Below are positions 23,137-31,192 of a DNA stretch of 40,000 bases, piece after piece. Position 1 is the first letter of the stretch; each line of letters starts with the position of its first letter. Position numbers and translations under genes: made by a program. The notes beneath the pieces are model-generated. The model was not told the origin of the DNA, did not search any database, and saw only the letters and a list, made by a program, of their open reading frames with translations. The DNA is from Dehalococcoidia bacterium (GTDB taxonomy: Bacteria > Chloroflexota > Dehalococcoidia > Lucifugimonadales > UBA1123): assembly GCA_965217725.1 (NCBI GenBank), contig OZ244564.1, positions 97,807 to 137,806 of the forward strand, read 5' to 3'.

Positions 23137-25380
23137 CTACCCTTCCAGCGCGGCGACTATGGACTGAGGGTTCATCGGGAGGCTGTTCAGTCTGGCTCCG
23201 GTGGCGTTGTGGATCGCGTTGGACAGGGCTGCGAGAGGCGGAGCAATGTTGGCCTCCCCGACGCCTCGAACTCCGAACGGGTGGCCGGGGTTGCCGACCT
23301 CGATGATTACCGCGTCGATCATGGGCAGATCGAGGCTAGTCGGCATCCGGTAGTCGAGAAGGCTCGTGTTCATCATGGAGCCGTCGTCGCCCATGTAGTA
23401 CTCCTCGTTGAGCGCCCAGCCGATGCCCTGCGCCGCGCCGCCCTGGATCTGTCCCTCTACGTATGAGGGATGTATGGCGAATCCGGCGTCCTGGAACGCG
23501 GTGTATCGGAGGATGTCCACCTTGCCGGTGCCGGGATCGACCTCCACGTCCACCAGGTTCGCGGCGTAGGAGCCGCCAGAACCGCCGGGGTTCATGTTCG
23601 CCCGTCCGACGACCGGGCCTCCTGTCTCGGGAAGCCTGCCGGCTATCTCCTGGAACGACATTCGGAGCTCGGAGTCCGACTTGTGCTGAAGTGCTCCGTC
23701 GGCGTACTCGACGTTGTCTGGGTCTGTATCCCACAGGAGGGAGGCACGGACAATGAGCTGCTGCCGTACGTCCATCGCCGCCTCGTGAGCGGCCCAGCCG
23801 GACTTGAACGCGACGCCGCTGCCACCGGTGACTGAAGTGTATCCAATGGTGTCGGTGTCGCCGATCGATGGGTTGACGTCTTCCACCGGGATGCCAAGCA
23901 CCTCAGCGAACTGCTGAGCGATGGCCGTCCGGGTGCCGCCGATGTCAACCGATCCCTCTACGAGGCTGACGCTCCCGTTGCCGAGCACGTTCGCGACCAC
24001 GCACGCCATGCCGGTGTTGTTGCGGCAGAATCCCATGCTCCAGCCGCGTCCTCGGAGCTTGCCCTCGACCTGGTCAAGTGGCGCGGAGAAGTGGGGATGC
24101 TCCCTGACGGCCTGCATGACCTCTTCCGCTCCGATTCGACCGTTCATGACGCCGTCTGCGCGGCGGTCGCCCTGTCGTGCAACATTGAGCAGGCGCAGCT
24201 CCACGGAGTCGATATTGAGCGCCTGGGCAATCTCGTCCAGCAGAGACTCGGTGCAGTACATCACAATCGGCGCGCCGGGCGCGCGGTAGGCCTGTGTGCG
24301 CGGCTTGTTGGATACGACGTCGTAGCCTTCAATACGGACGTTCGTGATGAGATACGGAGAAAAGACGGCTGAGGCTGCGCCCCCTATGGGAGCCCCTGGG
24401 AACGCGCCTGCCTCCAGCGCCATCCAGCAGTGCGCTGCGGTAATCTTGCCCTCATTGGTCACACCGATCTTCATCCGGACCAGCGCGCCCGAAGTCGGGC
24501 CGGTTGCCTGGAGCACTTCGGTGCGGTCCATGACCATCTTCACCGGATGCCCGCTCTGCTTGGAGAGCATGGCGGCGACCGGCTCCAGGTATGGAGGTAT
24601 CTTGCCGCCGAAACCGCCGCCGATTTCCAGCGGAACGACCTTGACCTGCGAGACCGGCATTCCCAGGATGCGGGCGATGTTGTCCCTGACGCCGAAGTGG
24701 CCCTGGCTGGAGCACCAGACAGTCAGCCTTCCGTCGGGAGCCCACCACGCGGTCGCGTTCTGGGGCTCTATGTATCCCTGGTGAACGGTCTTGGTGGTGT
24801 ACTCACGCTCGAAGACATGGTCGGCCTCCTCGAAACCGGCGTCAAGGTCGCCAAAGTCGTACACTTCCTGGGCGGCCACGTTGATGCCTCCGGGAAGGTC
24901 CGGGTTGTTCGGCCAGGTGTCGTGCAGTGGCACGGCGTCCTCGGCCATCGCCTCCTGTACGTCTCTGTACGCGGGGAGAGGCTCGTACTCGACCTCGATG
25001 AGAGACAGAATCTCCTCAGCGGCGTGTGCGCTGGAGGCTGCCACAGCGGCGATTGCGTGGCCCTTGTACAGCGCCTTGTCCCTGGCCAGAACGTTGTCTG
25101 TGGGCATCTGTCCCAGGACTGCGACTGGACCGACCGGGTCCGAGGGGGAGAACGCAGACGATGTCACGATCGCGCGCGTGTCCGGATGCGCCTCCGCCTT
25201 GGAGGTGTCGACACTCTTGATTCTGGCGTGTGCATACGGAGCGCGCAGCACCTTGCCGTAGAGCATTCCGGGCAGGTTCATGTCCGCGCCATAGACGGCG
25301 CGTCCGGTGACCTTGTCCACGCCGTCATGTCTGATTGGTCTTGTGCCGACTACCTTGTACTCGCGGGTTGATGTGGTCAT
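23137..25380 (-). CDS. xanthine dehydrogenase/aldehyde oxidase family molybdopterin-binding large subunit
   Basis: 'YKVVGTRPIRHDGVDKVTGRAVYGADMNLPGMLYGKVLRAPYAHARI', 'GGGFGGK' and 'GVGEANIAPPLAALSNAI'. ATG at 25380 is preceded by AAGAGGT. The ORF-track start at 25452 runs into the repeat region. Confidence 0.9.
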   Translation of the reverse strand: MTTSTREYKVVGTRPIRHDGVDKVTGRAVYGADMNLPGMLYGKVLRAPYAHARIKSVDTSKAEAHPDTRAIVTSSAFSPSDPVGPVAVLGQMPTDNVLARDKALYKGHAIAAVAASSAHAAEEILSLIEVEYEPLPAYRDVQEAMAEDAVPLHDTWPNNPDLPGGINVAAQEVYDFGDLDAGFEEADHVFEREYTTKTVHQGYIEPQNATAWWAPDGRLTVWCSSQGHFGVRDNIARILGMPVSQVKVVPLEIGGGFGGKIPPYLEPVAAMLSKQSGHPVKMVMDRTEVLQATGPTSGALVRMKIGVTNEGKITAAHCWMALEAGAFPGAPIGGAASAVFSPYLITNVRIEGYDVVSNKPRTQAYRAPGAPIVMYCTESLLDEIAQALNIDSVELRLLNVARQGDRRADGVMNGRIGAEEVMQAVREHPHFSAPLDQVEGKLRGRGWSMGFCRNNTGMACVVANVLGNGSVSLVEGSVDIGGTRTAIAQQFAEVLGIPVEDVNPSIGDTDTIGYTSVTGGSGVAFKSGWAAHEAAMDVRQQLIVRASLLWDTDPDNVEYADGALQHKSDSELRMSFQEIAGRLPETGGPVVGRANMNPGGSGGSYAANLVDVEVDPGTGKVDILRYTAFQDAGFAIHPSYVEGQIQGGAAQGIGWALNEEYYMGDDGSMMNTSLLDYRMPTSLDLPMIDAVIIEVGNPGHPFGVRGVGEANIAPPLAALSNAIHNATGARLNSLPMNPQSIVAALEG

Positions 25381-25462
25381 TTTTACCTCTTTGGGCTGAG
25401 ATTCTCTATGAGGCTGTATCAGTTTAGTCGGTACGCTGCTCGAAGGTGCCATATCAGCTGCG

Positions 25463-25543
25463 CCGTCATTCCGGCGAAGGCCGGAATCCAGAGGGGCAGG
25501 GCAACGCTCTTATCGAAGCCACCGACCAAATTGATACAGCATC
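25463..25543 (+). repeat. 81-bp repeat, copy 1 (100% identical to 33447-33527)
   Basis: ccgtcattccggcgaaggccggaatccagaggggcagggcaacgctcttatcgaagccaccgaccaaattgatacagcatc. It contains the hairpin ATTCCGGC-GAAG-GCCGGAAT. Confidence 0.95.
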
Positions 25544-25559
25544 ATTCTCTATGCAAGAC

Positions 25560-25586
25560 TTGACAACACCCCTTATCAGCGATAAT
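25560..25586 (+). promoter_or_regulatory. promoter-like TTGACA-N15-GATAAT, 16 nt downstream of 81-bp repeat copy 1
   Basis: TTGACA at 25560-25565 and GATAAT at 25581-25586, facing the NYN gene (ATG 25677). The same arrangement follows copy 2. Confidence 0.4.
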
Positions 25587-25676
25587 CGTACATTACTAAC
25601 CCCCCTGACTGGTTCGCCGGCAGGGTCAAGGCTGTCGCAAGGCAGCCTTTGTTTTTGTTCTGGACTTTCGAGTTTA

Positions 25677-26267
25677 ATGCGTACGAACTTCTACATTGAT
25701 GGATTCAACCTGTATTTTGGTGCCCTGGCAAGGAGTAGTCCGTACAAGTGGCTTGACTTGGGCAGACTGTGCTCGCGGCTTGTTCCCCGACACGAAGTGA
25801 GGCGGATTCGGTATTTCACCGCTCGTGTAGTGGATAGGCCAGACCGTCTAGGTCAGGGGCAACGACAGAATACTTACCTGCGCGCTTTGCGTACTATACC
25901 AGATTTGAGCATTCATCAAGGACGGTTTCAGACTCATCGCCGACGACGACCGCTGGCCGGACCAATCCCTGGTGTGGGGAGAACTGTAGAGGCCATAGAG
26001 ACTTTGGTTGACGGATTTCAAGGTGACTACGAACAAGCCGTGGTCGTATCGAACGACTCAGATCTGGCGCTCGCGATACGGAAGGTCCGTGATGTGGTCG
26101 GGCTACCTGTCGGAGTAGTCAATCCTGCCCCAAAGGGACCAACAAGGATGCTCACTGAGTCAAGCACATTCCAGCGTCACATACGCGCCACGAAGTTGTC
26201 TGAGTGCCAGTTCCCAGACACGCTTACTGACGACGTTGGAACGATCACCAAGCCTACCGAATGGTAG
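25677..26267 (+). CDS. NYN-domain (PIN-like) protein, possibly degenerate
   Basis: 'MRTNFYIDGFNLYFGAL..YKWLDLGRL..IRYFTARV' and 'AVVVSNDSDLALAIRKV'. The ATG at 25677 is in frame within ORF 25446-26267, whose first 77 codons merely translate the repeat. Confidence 0.75.
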   Translation: MRTNFYIDGFNLYFGALARSSPYKWLDLGRLCSRLVPRHEVRRIRYFTARVVDRPDRLGQGQRQNTYLRALRTIPDLSIHQGRFQTHRRRRPLAGPIPGVGRTVEAIETLVDGFQGDYEQAVVVSNDSDLALAIRKVRDVVGLPVGVVNPAPKGPTRMLTESSTFQRHIRATKLSECQFPDTLTDDVGTITKPTEW

Positions 26268-26287
26268 GACAAAATGCGTGAATGGAG

Positions 26288-28339
26288 CTACTCGCTCTCC
26301 TCGAACTCCAGCACATACCCTGCCTCGTGCCTTGTTCCGGGGGTTGTTGGAGACACTATCACCACTGCCTCTACGCCGCCGCCAAGTCCAGTCAGTCCGA
26401 CCTGACCGGAATTCCGTTCGTCCAGGGGGACCTGCGAGACCGTGTATGCTCCGTCCGCATTGGTGCTTACTACCTGGACGATGAAGCTCTGCGTGAGCTG
26501 AGCCCCAGCCCTACTGAACCCCTCTGAGTGCCATTCGGCGCCGGAGCCGTCGGCCTCGATGGAGCCGAGCTCAGGGATGGTAACGCCGTCTATCAGCAGC
26601 CCGTCGAGGTACACCGCGTCGTCGGTGACGTACTCGAACCTGATCATGACAGGGCCTCCGACGAATTGAGTGAGGTCAATCGACTCCTGTTTCCAGACGC
26701 GGCTCGACCCGGTGTAGCCTGGACCATAGGCGTTCCCGCTCGGGTTGTCAGCGGTCGTGTGCGCGCCCTCCAGGATGTGCCAGGTCTCACCATCGTCGTC
26801 GGAGATCTCTACGTAACCGTAGTCCCAGCCCTTTTCGATTTCGTACCACACATTGAACTGTAGGGTCGCCTTATCGAGTCCGGTTAGATCGAATTCGCGA
26901 GTCAGCTTCGTGTCGATGCCATCGCCGCGTCCGCTCCACCAGCAGGTGGGACCATGTGCGCAGTCGGTGTTCACCTGTCGGACTTCGGGATCGCCCTTGA
27001 AGCTGATGGCCCCGGAGCTGGAGTCGGCATCCAGTCGGTAGTATCTCGCCGAATACTGAGGGATCTGATCGCGCTGCTCTTCGGTGGAGATCAGCGTTCG
27101 AACGGGTCCCACACCGACGTCGCGGTCGGCGTAGCCGTAGCGGTCATCGTCGGCGTCCAGGTAGTTGGCGACGACCCAGTCTGCGAACACCTGCGTCCAG
27201 AGGAGGCCATGATCGTTCAGGAACGATTCGACTCCAGCAATCCCGTCGAGGGGCTCCGTCACCAACTCTGTTAGGTTCTCGGCGCCCCCAACCCTCTGCG
27301 CGACGTACGCAAAGAAGAGGGCCGACGCGCCATAGTGCGGGATTGTAGAATGTGGTGAGTCAGGCCAGTAGTTGAGCTGGGTGTGCGGACGACGCATGAA
27401 GGCACGCGGCGACTGCACACCATATCCGGCCAACTCGGTGGCGACCTCTGACAGTCCCTCGTTGACCCAGGACTCCTCTCCGACGTCCTTGTTGAAGTGG
27501 GCTGCATGCTGCAGCTCGTGCGCGACTATGGCCAGATGGGTATCTATCCCGTGCTCGACCGCGCGCGTGTCCAGGTAGATGATCTCACGTCCGTTGCTGT
27601 GCGGATGCACTTCAGTCGGGAACGAGTCCTTGGACCCGAAGTAGCCTGCGGCGCCGTTCAGCGTGGTATGGATGATGACGAGACGTGGGTCGCCGTCCTG
27701 TCCTGGACTGGCGATGTCGCCTAGAGTATCGACTACTGCGGGCCTCACCTGCTCCTCGTAGACATTGGCGGCGCGAGCCAGGTCCTCATGGCTTACGCTA
27801 GTGGCGTCGTCCACGAACCAGTAGGCGTGCTCGCTGACCACTTGCAGCGTCGCGGTGATGGGTCTGGCGGTGCCATCGTCTAGGTTGGTTATCCAGAAGT
27901 CCTGCTTGTCGCCTTCGGACATTGGCGTCGCGGTTGTTGCCGGAGGGTCGTCGAGCTTAACTCCGCGCAGCCTGACGGCGAGCTCGGCGAGGTCCCGGTC
28001 CGGCTTCTGGCCCTGATTCACCACAATCCGAGCGGGGAGGCCCGGCGTCGTCTGCTGCGGTACTGCGGTTGGCCAAACGGTCACCGTGGGCCATATCGGG
28101 AGTGGGCTGACGGGCTCCGGCGTGGGCTCACGGGTGGGTGTAGGACTGGGGGTTGGTTGCGTGGGTGCGATGGTGGCTGTTGGTTGGGTCGTGAGCTTGG
28201 CAGCTGCTCCGGTTACGCCCGGGGGAGCTGCCTCGGGAGCGACCGAATCCGCGCACGCGGCCATAGTCCAGGCGACCATGATGAGCGCGATTGCACCGAT
28301 GGCAGCCCAGCAGGTTACTCGAAGCTGTCCAAGTCTCAT
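26288..28339 (-). CDS. secreted (lipo)protein: MA-clan zinc metallopeptidase (HEXXH...NEGxxE) with Pro/Thr-rich linker and C-terminal beta-sandwich domain
   Basis: Signal/TM 'CWAAIGAIALIMVAWTMAAC' and linker 'PTQPTPSPTPTREPTPEPVSP'. Active site 'VAHELQHAAHF..SWVNEGLSEV'. C-terminal 'WDYGYVEISDDDGETWHIL' resembles InhA/MAM-type domains. Confidence 0.8.
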   Translation of the reverse strand: MRLGQLRVTCWAAIGAIALIMVAWTMAACADSVAPEAAPPGVTGAAAKLTTQPTATIAPTQPTPSPTPTREPTPEPVSPLPIWPTVTVWPTAVPQQTTPGLPARIVVNQGQKPDRDLAELAVRLRGVKLDDPPATTATPMSEGDKQDFWITNLDDGTARPITATLQVVSEHAYWFVDDATSVSHEDLARAANVYEEQVRPAVVDTLGDIASPGQDGDPRLVIIHTTLNGAAGYFGSKDSFPTEVHPHSNGREIIYLDTRAVEHGIDTHLAIVAHELQHAAHFNKDVGEESWVNEGLSEVATELAGYGVQSPRAFMRRPHTQLNYWPDSPHSTIPHYGASALFFAYVAQRVGGAENLTELVTEPLDGIAGVESFLNDHGLLWTQVFADWVVANYLDADDDRYGYADRDVGVGPVRTLISTEEQRDQIPQYSARYYRLDADSSSGAISFKGDPEVRQVNTDCAHGPTCWWSGRGDGIDTKLTREFDLTGLDKATLQFNVWYEIEKGWDYGYVEISDDDGETWHILEGAHTTADNPSGNAYGPGYTGSSRVWKQESIDLTQFVGGPVMIRFEYVTDDAVYLDGLLIDGVTIPELGSIEADGSGAEWHSEGFSRAGAQLTQSFIVQVVSTNADGAYTVSQVPLDERNSGQVGLTGLGGGVEAVVIVSPTTPGTRHEAGYVLEFEESE

Positions 28340-28408
28340 ACTCGCGACGTTCCTCCTTGCACAGGATACAACGCCAGAGTGGACGATCGGGTTGTAGGAC
28401 GTCTGTCG

Positions 28409-29275
28409 TCAGCCTCTCGGAATCTGAGTCCCGGGCGTGGTCATTCGCAGGCTGTACACTGACGTGTTGGCGGTGAAGAACATCGTCCTGTTGTCGGGTC
28501 CGCCCCATCCGCAGTTGGCCGGGTACTCGGGCAGTCGGATAACGCCTATTAGCTCGCCGCTGGGGTCGAACACCCAGCATCCATCCGGGCCTGTACAGTA
28601 GACCCTGCCTTCCACGTCCACCTTCATGCCGTCCGGCACGCCGTTGGTGGCAGTCTCTGACGGCATGTCGGCGAAATGCCTCACACCGCACACGTCCCCG
28701 CTCTCGTCGATGTCGAACGCGAGGATGTACTGGCCGGGCCTCGTGTTGGCGACGTACAGGACGCTCTCGTCCGGCGAGAAGGCGATGCCGTTGGGGTACT
28801 CGATGCCGGGGACGACCATGTCCACTGTGCCATCGGTCATGATCCGGTGGACGCTGTTGAACTGCATATCGACCTGTGAGGGATCGAGGCGCTCCCTGCC
28901 GGGGTTGGTGAAGTACAGGCTGCCGTCCGATCTGCCCACGACGTCGTTCGGGCGGTTCAGCCGCTGTCCGTTCCATGCGTCCGCGAGAACGGTGTAGGAG
29001 CCGTCATCCTCCCGCCGCGTCACCCTCTGGTTGACCATCTCGCAGACCACGAGCCTGCCCTGCGAGTCGAATGTCATGCCGTTCGACTCTCCGCTGTCTT
29101 CACGGAACAGCTCCGGCTCTCCCCCAGGCTCCAGCCTGAATATACGGCTCGTCCGAATGTCCACGAACAACAGGTAGCCGTCCTGGTGCCACAGCGGTCC
29201 CTCAGTAAACTGGAACCCTGTGGCGAGCTGCTCAGGCTCGGATGATTCTACGATTTCGGCGAGTCGGTCCGGCAT
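28409..29275 (-). CDS. SMP-30/gluconolactonase/LRE family protein
   Basis: 'FTEGPLWHQDGYLLFVDI', 'NGMTFDSQGRLVVCE', 'PNDVVGRSDGSLYFTNP' and 'PNGIAFSPDESVLYVA'. Confidence 0.9.
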   Translation of the reverse strand: MPDRLAEIVESSEPEQLATGFQFTEGPLWHQDGYLLFVDIRTSRIFRLEPGGEPELFREDSGESNGMTFDSQGRLVVCEMVNQRVTRREDDGSYTVLADAWNGQRLNRPNDVVGRSDGSLYFTNPGRERLDPSQVDMQFNSVHRIMTDGTVDMVVPGIEYPNGIAFSPDESVLYVANTRPGQYILAFDIDESGDVCGVRHFADMPSETATNGVPDGMKVDVEGRVYCTGPDGCWVFDPSGELIGVIRLPEYPANCGWGGPDNRTMFFTANTSVYSLRMTTPGTQIPRG

Positions 29276-29345
29276 GACGTATTCTCCTTGTTAAAGATCG
29301 TTGTATACACGCCAGATTCTACCGCATCCCAGGTGACAGCCTCCG

Positions 29346-31145
29346 CTACTCCTCCCGGAATATCTCGTCTCCGCGGTTTAGTCGGACGGCGATGTTGAAC
29401 GTCTGGTTGACGGACCTGGGAGTCGGGTAGTGGGCGGCTAGGAACCTCGACATGCCGACCAGTACGTGCCGCGCTGAGTCGGTGCCTCTTCGAAGCTCGT
29501 ACTGTTTGATCGCCGCATCGACTATCTGGAAGTGGTGGAACGTTGAGTCCTCCCTCAGCATCGCGTGTGCGAGAACAGCGAGCACACCGTCAGGATCGCC
29601 CGACCCGGCCACGTAGTCTGTCACGAGCCTGGCCGACTGCTCGACCTGCTGCTGAGAGTTCATGGTGTCCAGAATTTCCTGACCTAGGCCTGCCCCGTAC
29701 TCCGATACGGGGTCTCCGGTGGCTCCCGCCCCATTCGGTTCGGGCAACCGCTGTGCGGGCATGTTCAGGAACCGGTCAAGGTACACGCTGATCGCAGTGT
29801 CGAACACCGCTCGGACCAGCTCAACCGACGGTGCCCGGATGAGCGTCTGGTGGAGCGCATTGGCCGCGGTGAGCGTGTTGTGCACCGTGTCCCAGTCTCC
29901 GAATTCGTTGGACGTGTGGAACCGCGCCATTCTCAGGAACGCGGCGTACGCGACCGCGCTTCCGAGCTGCTCGGCGGTCGCGCCGGCTCGTACGGCCTCT
30001 TTGAGCGCGTACATTGTTGCGGCTGGATCGTCTTCCAGGATAGTCGCGACGAGCGACTCCTCATCGACCTGTTTTACATGTCCAGCTTTAAGCTGGTTGC
30101 CCCTGTTGGCCTCACCCTCGGCCCACAGGTCGGTGAGCGCCGCCCGTGCCTCTTGGACCAGGGATACGAGATCAATAGGGTTGCGCCAGGAGTTGAGCTC
30201 CTCGCTGCGGCGCGCGGACGCCATTCCGTGGACCAGACTTGTCAGCACAAGGCCAGCGTGCTCCCAGCCAATGTGATCGAGAAGCTCGAACGCCTTGTTG
30301 CAGAAGTCCACGACGTGTCCAGCGTCTATGTAAATCCTGTCGGTTGCCGCGGCGAAGATCATGTCGGCGATCTCTCGTTGGGAGATGCCGAGGTCGATCG
30401 CCGTTCTCAGGCAGCGCTCCGCTCCCTCATCGTCGCGGACTTCGATGAATCCCCGGAACCACTGCTTGAACACCTCCGGTCTCGTCTCGCCCGTGGGCAG
30501 CGGATCGACTAGGAATCGCGGCGGTCTTCCGGAACACTCTGCCGCCACGTGCCTGATTCCCTGGTAGAGCGCGAGCGCACGGTCCTCTGGAGAGAGATAG
30601 TCGAGCATGTTCGCAGAGCAGGTCATCATGCTCAGCGCCTGGCCCCAGCCACTGTCGGAGTAGGTAGTCCCGAACTCCGCGCCGATCGTCAGAGGCACTG
30701 TGTAGTCTGCTGACGCGGAGTTGAGGCCGAGCACCGACTTGGCGATTACCAGCCGGATGTTGTGCTCCATCCCGTCCTCGAGCCTGCGCGACCATCGTGG
30801 GACCGGGTCCGACTCGGGTGGACTCGGATCGACCCATACTTCCCCGTCTACGACGGACACGGGGAACGAGCGAACGTCGTCGGCGAACGGGTCGAACGTG
30901 CCGCCGCTGGACAGGTCGAACCTGGCATGGTGCCAGTGGCAGGTGAGAATGCCGTTGCTGACAGTGCCCCTGTCCAGGGGAAATCCCATGTGTGGGCAGC
31001 GGTTGTCCACCGCTGCGAACTCGTCTCCCCACGGGAACACTGCAATCGTGTGACCGCCGCCGGTGACCACTCTGCATCCCCGCTCCCTGACCTCCTCGAC
31101 TGTTCCGACTCTCAGCAGCTTTTCGCTGGTTGCGGATATTGTCAT
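29346..31145 (-). CDS. Rieske [2Fe-2S] domain protein fused to a ~490-aa helical domain of unknown function
   Basis: 'CPHMGFPL' ... 'CHWHHARF' are the Rieske ligands. ATG at 31145 is preceded by GGAGGG; the ORF track starts at TTG 31157. Confidence 0.8.
   Translation of the reverse strand: MTISATSEKLLRVGTVEEVRERGCRVVTGGGHTIAVFPWGDEFAAVDNRCPHMGFPLDRGTVSNGILTCHWHHARFDLSSGGTFDPFADDVRSFPVSVVDGEVWVDPSPPESDPVPRWSRRLEDGMEHNIRLVIAKSVLGLNSASADYTVPLTIGAEFGTTYSDSGWGQALSMMTCSANMLDYLSPEDRALALYQGIRHVAAECSGRPPRFLVDPLPTGETRPEVFKQWFRGFIEVRDDEGAERCLRTAIDLGISQREIADMIFAAATDRIYIDAGHVVDFCNKAFELLDHIGWEHAGLVLTSLVHGMASARRSEELNSWRNPIDLVSLVQEARAALTDLWAEGEANRGNQLKAGHVKQVDEESLVATILEDDPAATMYALKEAVRAGATAEQLGSAVAYAAFLRMARFHTSNEFGDWDTVHNTLTAANALHQTLIRAPSVELVRAVFDTAISVYLDRFLNMPAQRLPEPNGAGATGDPVSEYGAGLGQEILDTMNSQQQVEQSARLVTDYVAGSGDPDGVLAVLAHAMLREDSTFHHFQIVDAAIKQYELRRGTDSARHVLVGMSRFLAAHYPTPRSVNQTFNIAVRLNRGDEIFREE
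29688..29714. repeat. 27-nt hairpin repeat located inside the Rieske-fusion CDS
   Basis: Identical to 1424-1450. It is read in frame on the minus strand as 'DPVSEYGAG'. Confidence 0.85.
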
Positions 31146-31192
31146 GTCACCCTCCAATCCCTGCCTTCATCTGTTGTTTGTGACTCTTACAC

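Noticed and set aside
25463-25543. The 81-bp repeat considered as a tRNA-derived att site.
   Set aside because: No T-arm (GGTTCGAAT-like) or acceptor-stem features are present, and no integrase lies in the bracketed 8 kb. It is kept as a finding, but not as an att/tRNA call.
25446-25676. The first 77 codons of ORF 25446-26267. Likewise 8551-8631, 32429-32590 and 25381-25452.
   Set aside because: These are upstream extensions crossing repeats or neighbouring genes. Internal starts give canonical family N-termini (MRTNFYIDGF, MIDSM, MTTS after an SD).
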